DNA from: an uncultured bacterium
Lineage (GTDB): Bacteria > Planctomycetota > UBA1135 > GCA-002686595
DNA: 64,000 nucleotides
Direction: 5' to 3'
Assembly: GCA_943787795.1 (NCBI GenBank)
Contig: CALSNU010000001.1
Location: 1,376,001 to 1,440,000, forward strand
Shown here: piece by piece, positions 28,824 through 38,035 of the stretch
Position numbering within the stretch: position 1 is the stretch's first letter
Layout: each line of letters opens with the position of its first letter
The notes under the pieces: generated by a model
The model's database searches: none
Told to the model about the DNA's origin: nothing
Seen by the model: only the letters and a program-made list of their open reading frames with translations
Made by a program: the position numbers and the translations under genes

Positions 28824-29714
28824 ATGGCCGCCCCCGCTGATCCCGCCCCCAGGACTCCCCCCGGAGAGTCTCCCCGGGTTGGGGCTGATGCCCCCGGCGA
28901 GCGCTCTCGCGGGGCGCTGGATCCCGACTCCCTGCCTGCCCAGCCCTTCATCGCAGAGGCCATGCCCACCGACGCACGATCGCCCGAGGGCCCGTCCACC
29001 GATGCGCGGGCGAGTCACGATGAGGCTGCTCCGGCCAGCGCGGGCCGACCCCTGTTCGTGGTCCTCGATGGAGTGGACGGCTGCGGCAAGACCACCCAGG
29101 CCGCGCGCCTCGCGGCGTCGCTCGCGGCCCGCCGGGCGTCCGGGAGCGAGGGGTCCCTCCACCTCAGGGAGCCGGGGAGCACTCCGGCGGGGGAGCGAAT
29201 TCGCGAGCTTGTCCTCGAGCCTGACCTCGAACTCGGCCGGGGCTCGCTCGCCATGCTCTTCGCTGCGGCGCGCCGCGAAACCCTGGAGCAGCTCGTGGGA
29301 CCAGCCATGGCCGCGGGGCGCGACGTGGTCATCGAGCGTTTCCACGCCTCCACGTACGCCTACCAGGGCAGCTCCCAGCTGGAGGGAGGGGAGGCCGCCT
29401 CGCCGTTCAGCGACGACGATCTGCTCGCGCTGCTGCGCACCTGGTCCGGGACGCCGGTGCCGGACGTGGAGGTGATCTTGGAGCTCCCGCCGGCCGTGGC
29501 CTTCGAGCGGGCTTCCGCTCGGGATGGCGGCCCGCGCGACCGCTTCGAGGCGCGCGGGGTGAGCTTCCAGGAGGGCGTCTCAGCGGCCATGCGGGACTAC
29601 GCGAGCCGGGTGCCCAGCGCCGTGGTGGTGGACGGGACCGGAGACGAGGACGACGTCGCCGCGCGCGTCCTCGCGGCGGTGCTCGGCCACGCGGGAGGGC
29701 GGGCAGATGTCTGA
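28824..29714 (+). CDS. tmk: Thymidylate kinase with ~70-aa Pro/Ala-rich N-terminal extension
   Basis: FVVLDGVDGCGKTTQ, REPG, ERFHASTYAYQG. Confidence 0.92.
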   Translation: MAAPADPAPRTPPGESPRVGADAPGERSRGALDPDSLPAQPFIAEAMPTDARSPEGPSTDARASHDEAAPASAGRPLFVVLDGVDGCGKTTQAARLAASLAARRASGSEGSLHLREPGSTPAGERIRELVLEPDLELGRGSLAMLFAAARRETLEQLVGPAMAAGRDVVIERFHASTYAYQGSSQLEGGEAASPFSDDDLLALLRTWSGTPVPDVEVILELPPAVAFERASARDGGPRDRFEARGVSFQEGVSAAMRDYASRVPSAVVVDGTGDEDDVAARVLAAVLGHAGGRADV

Positions 29715-30774
29715 CCTGGTCCGACCCCGCGGACACCAGGACGCCGTGACGGGCCTGGTCCAAAGCGCGCGTGAAGGGCGCCTGCCCCACGCGCTGCTGT
29801 TCACCGGCCCCGACGGCGTGGGCAAGTTCCGCGCGGGGTTGTGGTTCGCCGCGGCGCTGCTCTGCGAGGAGGCGGGGGACGCGCCATGCGGGGTCTGCGG
29901 CTCCTGCAAGCGAGCGCGGGCGGCCTCACACGCGGACCTGTTCCCCGTGGACGCCCGGGCCCACGATCAGGACGAGCTGACGGTCTTCTTCGTCGCGCAC
30001 CGCGAAGACCGGCCCTCCACCGCGTACCAGGGCGCGAGCATCGAGGACTTCCTCGGCCTCCGCGCGGCCGAGGGGAGGGGCAAGTTCGTCGTCATACGCG
30101 AGGCGCACCGCCTCAACGAGGTGGCCCAGAACGCGCTCCTCAAGATGCTCGAGGAACCGCGTGACGGCGTGCACTTCGTGCTGGAGACGGCGACGCCTGA
30201 CGCGCTGCTCGAGACGGTGCGCAGCCGCGTGGTGGAGGTCCGCCTGGACGGCCTGGATCGGGAGACCTGTGAGGCGGTGCTCTTCGAGGCCGGCGGGTTT
30301 GACCGCACGGATGCCGGGCAGATGGAGGAGGTCGCGGAGCTCGTCCGCCTCTCTGGCGGATCGCCAGGCGTGGCGCTCGAGCTGGGGGCGAGGCGGGCTC
30401 CCGAGCTCGCTCAACTTCTGGGCGCGGCCCTGACGGGGGAGCGTGCAGCCCACGACGTCGCCGCAGAGCTCTGGGATGTGGACGGCGACTTCCACGGCAA
30501 GACGGCCTTCGTCCGGCGCCGGGTGCGCGCGGAGACGATCCTCGACCTGGGCCTTGGGATCCTCGCGGACGCCGAGCGCTGCCTGGCCGGCGGCGACCCC
30601 GCGCCTCTTCGCCATGGCCCCGCGGCCGAGTCGCTTGCGGCCACTGCTGCCTTTGCTTCCACGCCGGCCCGACGCAGAATGGGGCGCGCGTGGCTCGAGG
30701 CCCGCGAGGACCTCCGGCTCAACCTCTCCCCCGAGGGCCTCGTGGACCGAGCTCTCGCCTCTCTGCCGCGCTGA
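29707..30774 (+). CDS. holB: DNA polymerase III delta' subunit
   Basis: HALLFTGPDGVGK, CGVCGSC, AQNALLKMLEEP, TVRSR; follows tmk. Confidence 0.9.
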   Translation: MSDLVRPRGHQDAVTGLVQSAREGRLPHALLFTGPDGVGKFRAGLWFAAALLCEEAGDAPCGVCGSCKRARAASHADLFPVDARAHDQDELTVFFVAHREDRPSTAYQGASIEDFLGLRAAEGRGKFVVIREAHRLNEVAQNALLKMLEEPRDGVHFVLETATPDALLETVRSRVVEVRLDGLDRETCEAVLFEAGGFDRTDAGQMEEVAELVRLSGGSPGVALELGARRAPELAQLLGAALTGERAAHDVAAELWDVDGDFHGKTAFVRRRVRAETILDLGLGILADAERCLAGGDPAPLRHGPAAESLAATAAFASTPARRRMGRAWLEAREDLRLNLSPEGLVDRALASLPR

Positions 30775-30782
30775 ACAACGTC

Positions 30783-31208
30783 ATGGATCCCTTACGCGAG
30801 TGCTGGAAGAAGGACCCTCGGTATCGCCTCGAGGCCTACAAGTTCCTCTTCGATGCCTTGGATAAGACCGTGCGGCTCGCAGGGAAGGACCAGGCGACCG
30901 AGGACGACAAGCACGTCTCCGGACAGCAGCTGTTGGACGGGATGAGGGTCCATGCCTCCCGCCTCTTCGGTCCGCTCGCCGCCCAGGTCTGGCGCACCTG
31001 GGGGGTGCGTAGCACGACGGACTGGGGGCGTATCGTCTTCAACCTCGTGGACAGCGAGCTGCTCCGCCGTCAGGAGTCGGACTCCATCGAGGACTTCCGC
31101 GACGGCTATGACTTTGAAGAGGTCTTCGTTCAGGCCTATCGCCCGGAGCTCCCGGTCGAGCTGGGCGCGCAGCCGCGCGGCCCGCTGGACGGTCCGGAGG
31201 CCAGCTGA
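30783..31208 (+). CDS. Minf_1886 family protein (PVC-type conserved protein)
   Basis: DPRY..EAY.F...AL, HVSGQQL, FGPLA..V...WG...T.DWG.IVFNLV, DSIEDF. Confidence 0.8.
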   Translation: MDPLRECWKKDPRYRLEAYKFLFDALDKTVRLAGKDQATEDDKHVSGQQLLDGMRVHASRLFGPLAAQVWRTWGVRSTTDWGRIVFNLVDSELLRRQESDSIEDFRDGYDFEEVFVQAYRPELPVELGAQPRGPLDGPEAS

Positions 31209-32428
31209 TGCTGGAGCGCCTCGACAAGAGCAAGCGGAACATCGGCCTGGCCGCCGTGGCGGCGCTGCTCGTCTGGGGCGGCTGGGCCGTCCGCAGCGTC
31301 CTGAACCCGCTCATCCTCGGGTACCTCTTCGCCTACATCCTGCGGCCGAGCGTCAAGGGGCTCGAGACTCGGGGGCTCGGCCGACGCTCGGCCGTCAACG
31401 TGATCTTCTCTGCCTTCGCGGTGGTGATGACCGTGACCGTGCTCGGGGTGGCCTTCCAGGCCCAGCAGGCCACGGAGCGGCTGATGGCGGCCTCAAGGTC
31501 GGGGCACGACCCCATCGCCGTGGCGGAGGCCCGCATCGACGAGGTGCTCGAGGGCGCCTCCGACTGGCTGCATGGAATGTTCGGCGAGGACGAGCCCGGA
31601 CCCGACGGGCCCCGGGACTCGGGCGGCGCTCCACCCAGCGGGTCGAACGCCGACCTCTCGGCGGAGGGCCCCACCCTCCGCAAGCTGCTCCGGTCGTGGT
31701 CCGCGGAGTTCACCGCCAAGGTCGGCGACGGGGGGTCCAGCGCGCTGGTCGTCTGGGTGCTGGCGGTCCTGAGCAGCCTCTTCGGCGGCGCCCTCAGCAT
31801 CTTCGCGTTCCTGACGCTACTGCCGGTCTACACCTACTTCCTGCTCTTCGAGCTGGAGCGCATCCACGGCTTCGTGCATGACCACCTCCCCAAGCGGGAG
31901 CGGGAGCGCGTCTCCCGGGTGGCGATGGCGATCGGCGCCGTGCTCGCGAACTTCTTCCGCGGGCGGCTGCTCATCTGCTTCCTGAAGGGGGCCGTGATCA
32001 CCGTCGGGCTCATGCTTGCCGGCGTCCCGCACCCATTCCTCCTGGGGATGCTGAGCGGATTCATGGCGCTGATCCCCTTCGCGGGGCCGTTCCTGAGCTT
32101 CCTGCTGGCCTACTTCGTGGGCCTGCAGCGCATGGAGCCCGCGGAGGCGGCGCTCTGGATCGCCCCGATCTACGCCGTCGCCGAGGCCTTCGAGGGCTAC
32201 GTGCTGATCCCGAAGATCCTCGGGGACAGCTTGGGCTTGCACCCGGTGGTGATCCTCCTGGCGGTCTTCGTCGGCGGCTCAGCCCTGGGGCTCTTCGGGT
32301 TCCTGATCGCGGTGCCCCTGGCGGCGACGCTGATTATCCTCTTCCGTGAGTTCGTGATGCCCGCCCTCGAGGAATTCGCCGAGGAGGACAGCCATGTCGA
32401 CCCCGACCCTGGGGAGCCCACGGGCTGA
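31208..32428 (+). CDS. AI-2E family transporter
   Basis: AYILRP, LIPFAGP, EGYVLIPKILGDSLGLHPV, GFLIAVPLAA. Confidence 0.9.
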   Translation: MLERLDKSKRNIGLAAVAALLVWGGWAVRSVLNPLILGYLFAYILRPSVKGLETRGLGRRSAVNVIFSAFAVVMTVTVLGVAFQAQQATERLMAASRSGHDPIAVAEARIDEVLEGASDWLHGMFGEDEPGPDGPRDSGGAPPSGSNADLSAEGPTLRKLLRSWSAEFTAKVGDGGSSALVVWVLAVLSSLFGGALSIFAFLTLLPVYTYFLLFELERIHGFVHDHLPKRERERVSRVAMAIGAVLANFFRGRLLICFLKGAVITVGLMLAGVPHPFLLGMLSGFMALIPFAGPFLSFLLAYFVGLQRMEPAEAALWIAPIYAVAEAFEGYVLIPKILGDSLGLHPVVILLAVFVGGSALGLFGFLIAVPLAATLIILFREFVMPALEEFAEEDSHVDPDPGEPTG

Positions 32429-32801
32429 GGTCAGAGCCCGCCGTGGGTCCCCTTCTGGGGGCCCGCCCTCTTGCTCATCCTGTTGCTTCCCCGGCGCGCT
32501 GCCGAGGGGGAGACCGGTGCTGCTCCGTGGGGGGGGCTGTGGGTGGGACATGGGCCCGCGCGACGCCGCCCTGGGAGCTCTGCGACCCCCAGGGAGCCCC
32601 AGGGGGGGCGAATCCCGGCCAAGATCCACCGGCCCGCGCTTCGATCCGCCCTCCCCGATCGCTACGGTCAGGAGCGAGGGGGTCGTCCGAAGCCGCTCGT
32701 TTCAGGTCCGAGGGGCCCGGCGAGCCTGGTTTGGGGCGTCCAGCCTGGTCGCAAGTCGCCAGCGCGGCGCGGCCTCCGCTGAACAGTCAGATCACGCACA
32801 C

Positions 32802-33560
32802 ATGTTCCACGCCATCAAGACCCGGCGCCAAGGCGCCAACCTACAGGCCCGTTCCGTCTCCAGCCGCGCGTCCCTGGCCGCAGGCGCTCTGCTCGCGGCC
32901 GTCGCCGTAACCTCCTGCGCCTCGCCGCAGCAGGTGCAGCAGACCCGCCAGCTCGCCAAGGAGTACGAGAGTCAGGTCTACGACCTGCAGCGCACGCTCG
33001 CCGAACTCAAGGCCGACAACGCTCGCCTCACAGACCGCCTCGCCAAGGAGCGCAAGGCGAGCCTGATCAACGCCAGCGCCGACACCACGCTCACCAAGCG
33101 CATCGACGACCTCGGTCGGATGATCGACGACATGGAGGGGCCGATGGGCGACATCGAGCGCTTCGAGCTCGAGGGCGGGTACCTGCTGATGATCCAGGAT
33201 CGGATCCTCTTTGACTCCGGGTCCGCCACCCTGGGCAACGAAGGGATCGACGCCCTGGCGGGGATCGCGAGTGAGATCGCGGCCACGCCCCACGGGGAGA
33301 TCTTCGTCCGCGGCCACACGGACTCCGATCCGGTCAAGAAGCCTGCCACGCTGAAGCGCTTCCCCAACGGCAACCTCCAGCTCTCCGCCGAACGAGCCGT
33401 CTCGGTGGCGTCGTACCTCATCGGCAACTCGCGCATCCGCGGCGGTGAGGTCGTGGTCATGGGCTTCGGCTCGCACAAGCCCGTGCGCCCGAACGACTCC
33501 CCAGACTCGAAGCGCATGAACCGTCGCGTCGAGATCTTCGTTTCGGACCCGGTCAACTGA
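32802..33560 (+). CDS. OmpA/MotB family lipoprotein with coiled coil
   Basis: VTSC lipobox-like site; ILFDSGSA, RGHTD, NLQLSAERA, NRRVEI. Confidence 0.85.
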   Translation: MFHAIKTRRQGANLQARSVSSRASLAAGALLAAVAVTSCASPQQVQQTRQLAKEYESQVYDLQRTLAELKADNARLTDRLAKERKASLINASADTTLTKRIDDLGRMIDDMEGPMGDIERFELEGGYLLMIQDRILFDSGSATLGNEGIDALAGIASEIAATPHGEIFVRGHTDSDPVKKPATLKRFPNGNLQLSAERAVSVASYLIGNSRIRGGEVVVMGFGSHKPVRPNDSPDSKRMNRRVEIFVSDPVN

Positions 33561-33595
33561 AGGACCCGGTCCACTGAAGGATCCGGTCCACTGAG
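33545..33595. repeat. 17-bp tandem repeat x3 (GGACCCGGTCCACTGAA consensus) covering the OmpA/MotB stop codon
   Basis: Units at 33545, 33562 and 33579. Confidence 0.85.
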
Positions 33596-33643
33596 GGGCG
33601 GCGGCGCGCCGCCGCCGCCTGAGACCGGGACGGACAGCCCGCC

Positions 33644-34723
33644 GTGACCGACCCCAGCCAGACCCAGAGACGACGCCCCGTGCGCACAGCGCCGCGGGGC
33701 GTTGTCTTGTACTGCATCCTGGGAGCGCTGCTCTCCTCGGCGTGCGGGCCGTGGGGAAGAGAGGGCGCGCTGGACGCGGGGACCGCGGGGGTGATCGAGA
33801 CGCTCGAGAGCTTGGCCTTCGTGCCCAGCGGGCGGACCGCGCTCGACATCGACGTCGGTGCGGACGTCGATCTGGTCGTGGACCGCTTCGAGGTGACCGA
33901 GTCGATCTGGACCGGGCTCTTCGGCGAGGACGACCCTCGTCCGGAGAACTTCGCGTCCTTCGTGGGACGGCAGGTGGGGGCCGCCCCGCCCGAGGCCTGG
34001 ATTCTCCAGGCGCCTGCCGTGGGGATGAACCTCGATGAGGCCCGCCAGGCGGCTCGCCTGCGGGGCATGCGCCTCCCCACGTTCGAGGAGTGGCTGTGGT
34101 GCGCCGCCGGGCCTCGCTCGCGTCGCTTCCCGGCGGGCCGGCAGCAGCGCGGCCTCGCCAATACGCTGGAACTGGGCCTGGTGCGGCCAACGCCCGTGGG
34201 GGCCTTCGAGAGCGGACAGACACCCGACACGGGGATCTTCGACCTCCTCGGCAACGTCTGGGAGTGGACAGAACCGCCGCCGCCGCTGTCGGGCTGGAAG
34301 ACCATCGATGCGGATGCCTGGCCTGTGGGAGGCGGCTCAGGTGCGCCCGCATGGATCCTCGGGGGGAGCTTCTCGACGCCGGAGAAGGTGCTCTTCACGC
34401 GGGATGGGGTCGCGCTCGCCATGGGGAGGACGACGGGGCACCGGGGCGCTGACCTCGGCATGCGCTGCGTGATGGAGGCGATCCCGTTCCTGGTGTCGCT
34501 CGAGGATCCTGGGAACGGGCTCCCCCAGGCGGCGCGCGCTCGGGTCGTCGCCGTGGGCGCGCGCTGGGGCTCTCGGTCCGTGGACGCGCTGGAGGCGGCT
34601 CGCGCCGCCGCGCCGGAGAGCTCCTGGGTGGAGGCCTTGCTGGAGGGCGCCGGCCGGGGACGAGAGGCCACGGGGGGCGGCGGCCTGGACTTGCCCGACC
34701 GCGATGGGGGGCTCCCGCGTTGA
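33644..34723 (+). CDS. FGE-sulfatase (SUMF1-like) domain lipoprotein
   Basis: DRFEVT, RLPTFEEW, GIFDLLGNVWEWT, GGSF, GMRC. Confidence 0.8.
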   Translation: MTDPSQTQRRRPVRTAPRGVVLYCILGALLSSACGPWGREGALDAGTAGVIETLESLAFVPSGRTALDIDVGADVDLVVDRFEVTESIWTGLFGEDDPRPENFASFVGRQVGAAPPEAWILQAPAVGMNLDEARQAARLRGMRLPTFEEWLWCAAGPRSRRFPAGRQQRGLANTLELGLVRPTPVGAFESGQTPDTGIFDLLGNVWEWTEPPPPLSGWKTIDADAWPVGGGSGAPAWILGGSFSTPEKVLFTRDGVALAMGRTTGHRGADLGMRCVMEAIPFLVSLEDPGNGLPQAARARVVAVGARWGSRSVDALEAARAAAPESSWVEALLEGAGRGREATGGGGLDLPDRDGGLPR

Positions 34724-35595
34724 GCGCCACGGATCGACCGGATCGCCCGCCCTGGGCAGACTTCAAGGGCGCTCTGGAGCGCGCAGGGTTCCACCCCTCC
34801 CGCCGCCTCGGGCAGAACTTCCTGCTCGACGACAACATGGCCCGGGCCATCGCGTCCGACTCGGGCGTCACCGCGGGGCACTTCACCCTCGAGGTCGGCC
34901 CCGGGTGTGGATTCCTCTCGGTCCACCTGGCCCACGCCGGGGCCCGGCTGCTGTGTGTCGAGATCGATCCGCGCCTCGCGCCCATCGCGCGGGACTTCCT
35001 CCAGCCCTACCCGGACGCGGAGGTGATCGAGGCGGATGTTCTCGCGAGCAAGTCCAGCCTCGCCCCGGAGGTGCTGGAGCGGCTGCCGGCAGCGGGCGAG
35101 TGGACCCTCTGCGCGAACCTGCCCTATTCCATCTCGGGCCCCTTCCTGGCCACCGTCGCTCAGCTCCAGAATCCTCCCTCCCGGGTCGCCTGCCTCGTCC
35201 AGAAGGAGGTCGCGGAGCGCCTCGCAAGCGCCCCTGGCGACGCCACCTGGGGGCCGCTCTCGGCGGCCTTCCAGGAGTCGTACGAGGTGACCCTGGGGCG
35301 CTTTGTGCCTCCCCAGCTGTTCTGGCCCCGCCCCAAGGTGGACAGCGCGGTGTTCCTGGCAGACCTCCGCGGCGACCTCGCCGCCCCCGAGGAGCGGGCC
35401 CGCCGCATGCAGTTCTTCCGGGACCTCATGCAGCGGCGCCGCAAGAGCCTGCGCCGGGTCCTCTCGGACCTCGTGGGAGGCGCTCAGGCGACCCGTAGCC
35501 TCGAGGCGTTGGACCTGGATCCCCTCCGCCGTGCCGAGACCCTCTCGCTTCCTGAGCTGCGGGCGCTGGAGCGGGAAGCTCGGGCCGACGTATAG
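34720..35595 (+). CDS. rsmA: 16S rRNA m6,2A dimethyltransferase KsgA
   Basis: LGQNFLLD, EVGPGCG, ANLPYSI, QKEVAER, PRPKVDS, RRK.LR. Confidence 0.95.
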   Translation: MSATDRPDRPPWADFKGALERAGFHPSRRLGQNFLLDDNMARAIASDSGVTAGHFTLEVGPGCGFLSVHLAHAGARLLCVEIDPRLAPIARDFLQPYPDAEVIEADVLASKSSLAPEVLERLPAAGEWTLCANLPYSISGPFLATVAQLQNPPSRVACLVQKEVAERLASAPGDATWGPLSAAFQESYEVTLGRFVPPQLFWPRPKVDSAVFLADLRGDLAAPEERARRMQFFRDLMQRRRKSLRRVLSDLVGGAQATRSLEALDLDPLRRAETLSLPELRALEREARADV

Positions 35596-35628
35596 TTGCC
35601 GGGCCCCGCCCTCGCGCGGGCTACTGCC

Positions 35629-37767
35629 TTGAGCTTCGACCCTGACTTCCGCCGCGCGATCGAAGAGATCAAGCTCCGAGCGCCCATCGAGGCCATCGTC
35701 GGGGAGACCGCAGAGCTCAAGCAGAAGGGCCGGGATCACTGGGCCTGCTGCCCGTTCCATGAGGAGCGGACGCCCTCGTTCAAGGTCGATGTTCGAGAGG
35801 GGACCTGGTATTGCTTCGGCGCCTGCCGCAAGGGTGGGGATGTCATCAAGTTCGTCCAGGAGCGCGGGAACATGACGTTCATGGACGCCATGGAGCTGCT
35901 CGCGGCGCAGACGGGCGTTGAGCTGCCTCGGCGCAAGGCGCGGCGGACCAAGGAGAACGACCCCGGGCTCGCGGCCCTCAGCTTCGCCGCCGCGTACTTC
36001 CAGGCGGAGCTCCGCCGCGAGGAGGGGCGCGAGGCGCGGCGGTACCTCGCCAGCCGGAGCTTCGAGGAGAACGCCATCGAGGCCTTCGGGCTCGGCTGGT
36101 CGCCCCGCAACGGCCGGCGGTTCCTCAAGGCTGCAGAGGCCGAGAAGATCCCGGCGGACGCCCTGGTGGACGTCGGGCTGGCTCGGCGCCGGGACGGCAA
36201 CGGCGAGCTCTACGCGTTCTTCCGCGGTCGCCTGATGATCCCCATTCGCGATCAGCGCGGCGTGGCCATCGGGTTCGGCGGACGGGTGGTGGGGGACGAT
36301 GACGGCCCCAAGTACGTCAACACGAGCGAGACGCGCTACTTCCACAAGGGGCAGGTGATCTATGCCCTCGATCGAGCGCTGGAGCACGTCCGCGCCCGCG
36401 GGCACCTCGTGTTGGTGGAGGGCTATACGGACGTGATTGCCGCGCACGCCGCGGGGCTTCCCAACGTGGCGGCGGTCCTGGGGACGGCCACGACCGAGAT
36501 GCACGCGGCGCTCGTTCGCCGCGCCGGGACGCGCCGGGTGAGCCTGGTCTTTGACGGAGACGAGGCCGGCCGGCGGGCGGCCTGGCGCGGGCTCGAGGGG
36601 CTCCTGCCCCTCCAGATCAAGCTCGAGGTCGTCCCCATGCCGGACGGCGTCGACCCGGCGGATGTGCTCATGGGAGACGGCGGCGTGGCGGCCTTTACCG
36701 CGCGCCTTGAGACCGGCCTCTCCTGGCTCGACTTCGTGGTGGAGTGCGTGGAGGCCCGCCGGCCCGAGGGCCCGCGACCCTTCGCCCAGGAGGTGGACCG
36801 TGCGCTGGAGCTGCTGCTGCGGCTGCCCAGCCCGGTGGAGATCGACGCCGCCGCCGACGAGATGGCCGGCCGCCTGAAGCTCCCCCTCGACACGCTGCGG
36901 GAGCAGCTGAGGCTCATCAAGGACCGTCGTAGGGGCCGCGGCCGTCCTGTGGGGGGCTCCCAGGGCGATGGCCGAGCCCCATCGGGCTCCTTCGGATCCG
37001 CAGGTGGTGGGCTCCCCGGCGGCCCCGCAGGGGGCTCCAGCGACGGCCCTGGCGCCGGCCTGGGAGCTGGCTCGGCGGTCGGGCGCGGCGGAGCGTCGCA
37101 AATTCCTCCGGCTCCACCGCTCGATCTCCGCGTGGTCCGGGCCTATGAGGCACTGCTGGGGGCGGCGCTGGCAGAAGCCAGCCTCGTCCCCCGACTCCGA
37201 CCTCACATCCAGGGCTGCCCAGATCCGGTCCTCGCCTCACTTTTTCAGATCCTCGTGGACCTGTGGGACAACGAGGACGCGGATATCACGGTCTCCCTCT
37301 TCCTCAACTCCGTCCAGGACCCCGCAGGCCGCGACAGGGTCCTCCCGATCCGGGAGGAAGCCCGCAAGGCCGACTCCGCCCAGAACCTCTTTGACCGGGC
37401 CGTCGCCTACCTCGAGCAGCACCAGCGCAAGGTGGAGGACACCCGCCTGAACGCCCTCCTTCAGGCTCTAGAGCCCCTCGCAGAGCACGACGAGATTGCA
37501 AAGGCCTACCTCGATACCCTCTTCGCCCGGCTCCTCGAGCTCCGAAAAGGCGGCGCAGACCCCCGGAATGACCCCGTTCCAGCGCTTGTCGGTCAAAGCG
37601 AGGTACATTTAGACTCCCCACAGGAACACCAGGCCAACTTGCTGCGCCTTCAGGCTCTGGGCCGCGCCCTCCACACCCTCGCTCCCGCAGACCCCGTGTC
37701 GGCGGGATACCTCGAGCAGGTGTCACAGCGCTACCAGATCCTGAGCCAGAACCCTCCCCCGGCCTGA
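35629..37767 (+). CDS. dnaG: DNA primase (start TTG 35629 or 35596)
   Basis: CPFHEERTPSF..CFGAC zinc finger, RLMIPI, PKYVNTSET, VEGYTDV, FDGDEAG, DPAD. Confidence 0.95.
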   Translation: MSFDPDFRRAIEEIKLRAPIEAIVGETAELKQKGRDHWACCPFHEERTPSFKVDVREGTWYCFGACRKGGDVIKFVQERGNMTFMDAMELLAAQTGVELPRRKARRTKENDPGLAALSFAAAYFQAELRREEGREARRYLASRSFEENAIEAFGLGWSPRNGRRFLKAAEAEKIPADALVDVGLARRRDGNGELYAFFRGRLMIPIRDQRGVAIGFGGRVVGDDDGPKYVNTSETRYFHKGQVIYALDRALEHVRARGHLVLVEGYTDVIAAHAAGLPNVAAVLGTATTEMHAALVRRAGTRRVSLVFDGDEAGRRAAWRGLEGLLPLQIKLEVVPMPDGVDPADVLMGDGGVAAFTARLETGLSWLDFVVECVEARRPEGPRPFAQEVDRALELLLRLPSPVEIDAAADEMAGRLKLPLDTLREQLRLIKDRRRGRGRPVGGSQGDGRAPSGSFGSAGGGLPGGPAGGSSDGPGAGLGAGSAVGRGGASQIPPAPPLDLRVVRAYEALLGAALAEASLVPRLRPHIQGCPDPVLASLFQILVDLWDNEDADITVSLFLNSVQDPAGRDRVLPIREEARKADSAQNLFDRAVAYLEQHQRKVEDTRLNALLQALEPLAEHDEIAKAYLDTLFARLLELRKGGADPRNDPVPALVGQSEVHLDSPQEHQANLLRLQALGRALHTLAPADPVSAGYLEQVSQRYQILSQNPPPA

Positions 37768-38035
37768 CACTGCCCCTTCCCCGTTCTCACTCCCCGTCCC
37801 AGAGCCTCGATCAACCCCTCCTGATCCGTCGATCCACGTCTTCGACCCGAGCTGCGCATCCACGGGCGCGCCGGTCCACGTGTGAGTCAGGTCCGGTTCA
37901 TCGAAGCTCAGCGACCCGAAGCCTCCAACGGCACGACGCCCCGCGTCGCCGCCCGTCGTGCGTCGGTCGTTCATCTTTCGAGCCCGTCGAGCCCTTCCTG
38001 CTGCCGAAGTCGCTCGACGTCCATCACCAAGCACC

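Noticed and set aside
33644..34723. FGE-fold protein as a DGR target
   Set aside because: No second copy of its 3' region and no reverse transcriptase in the window.
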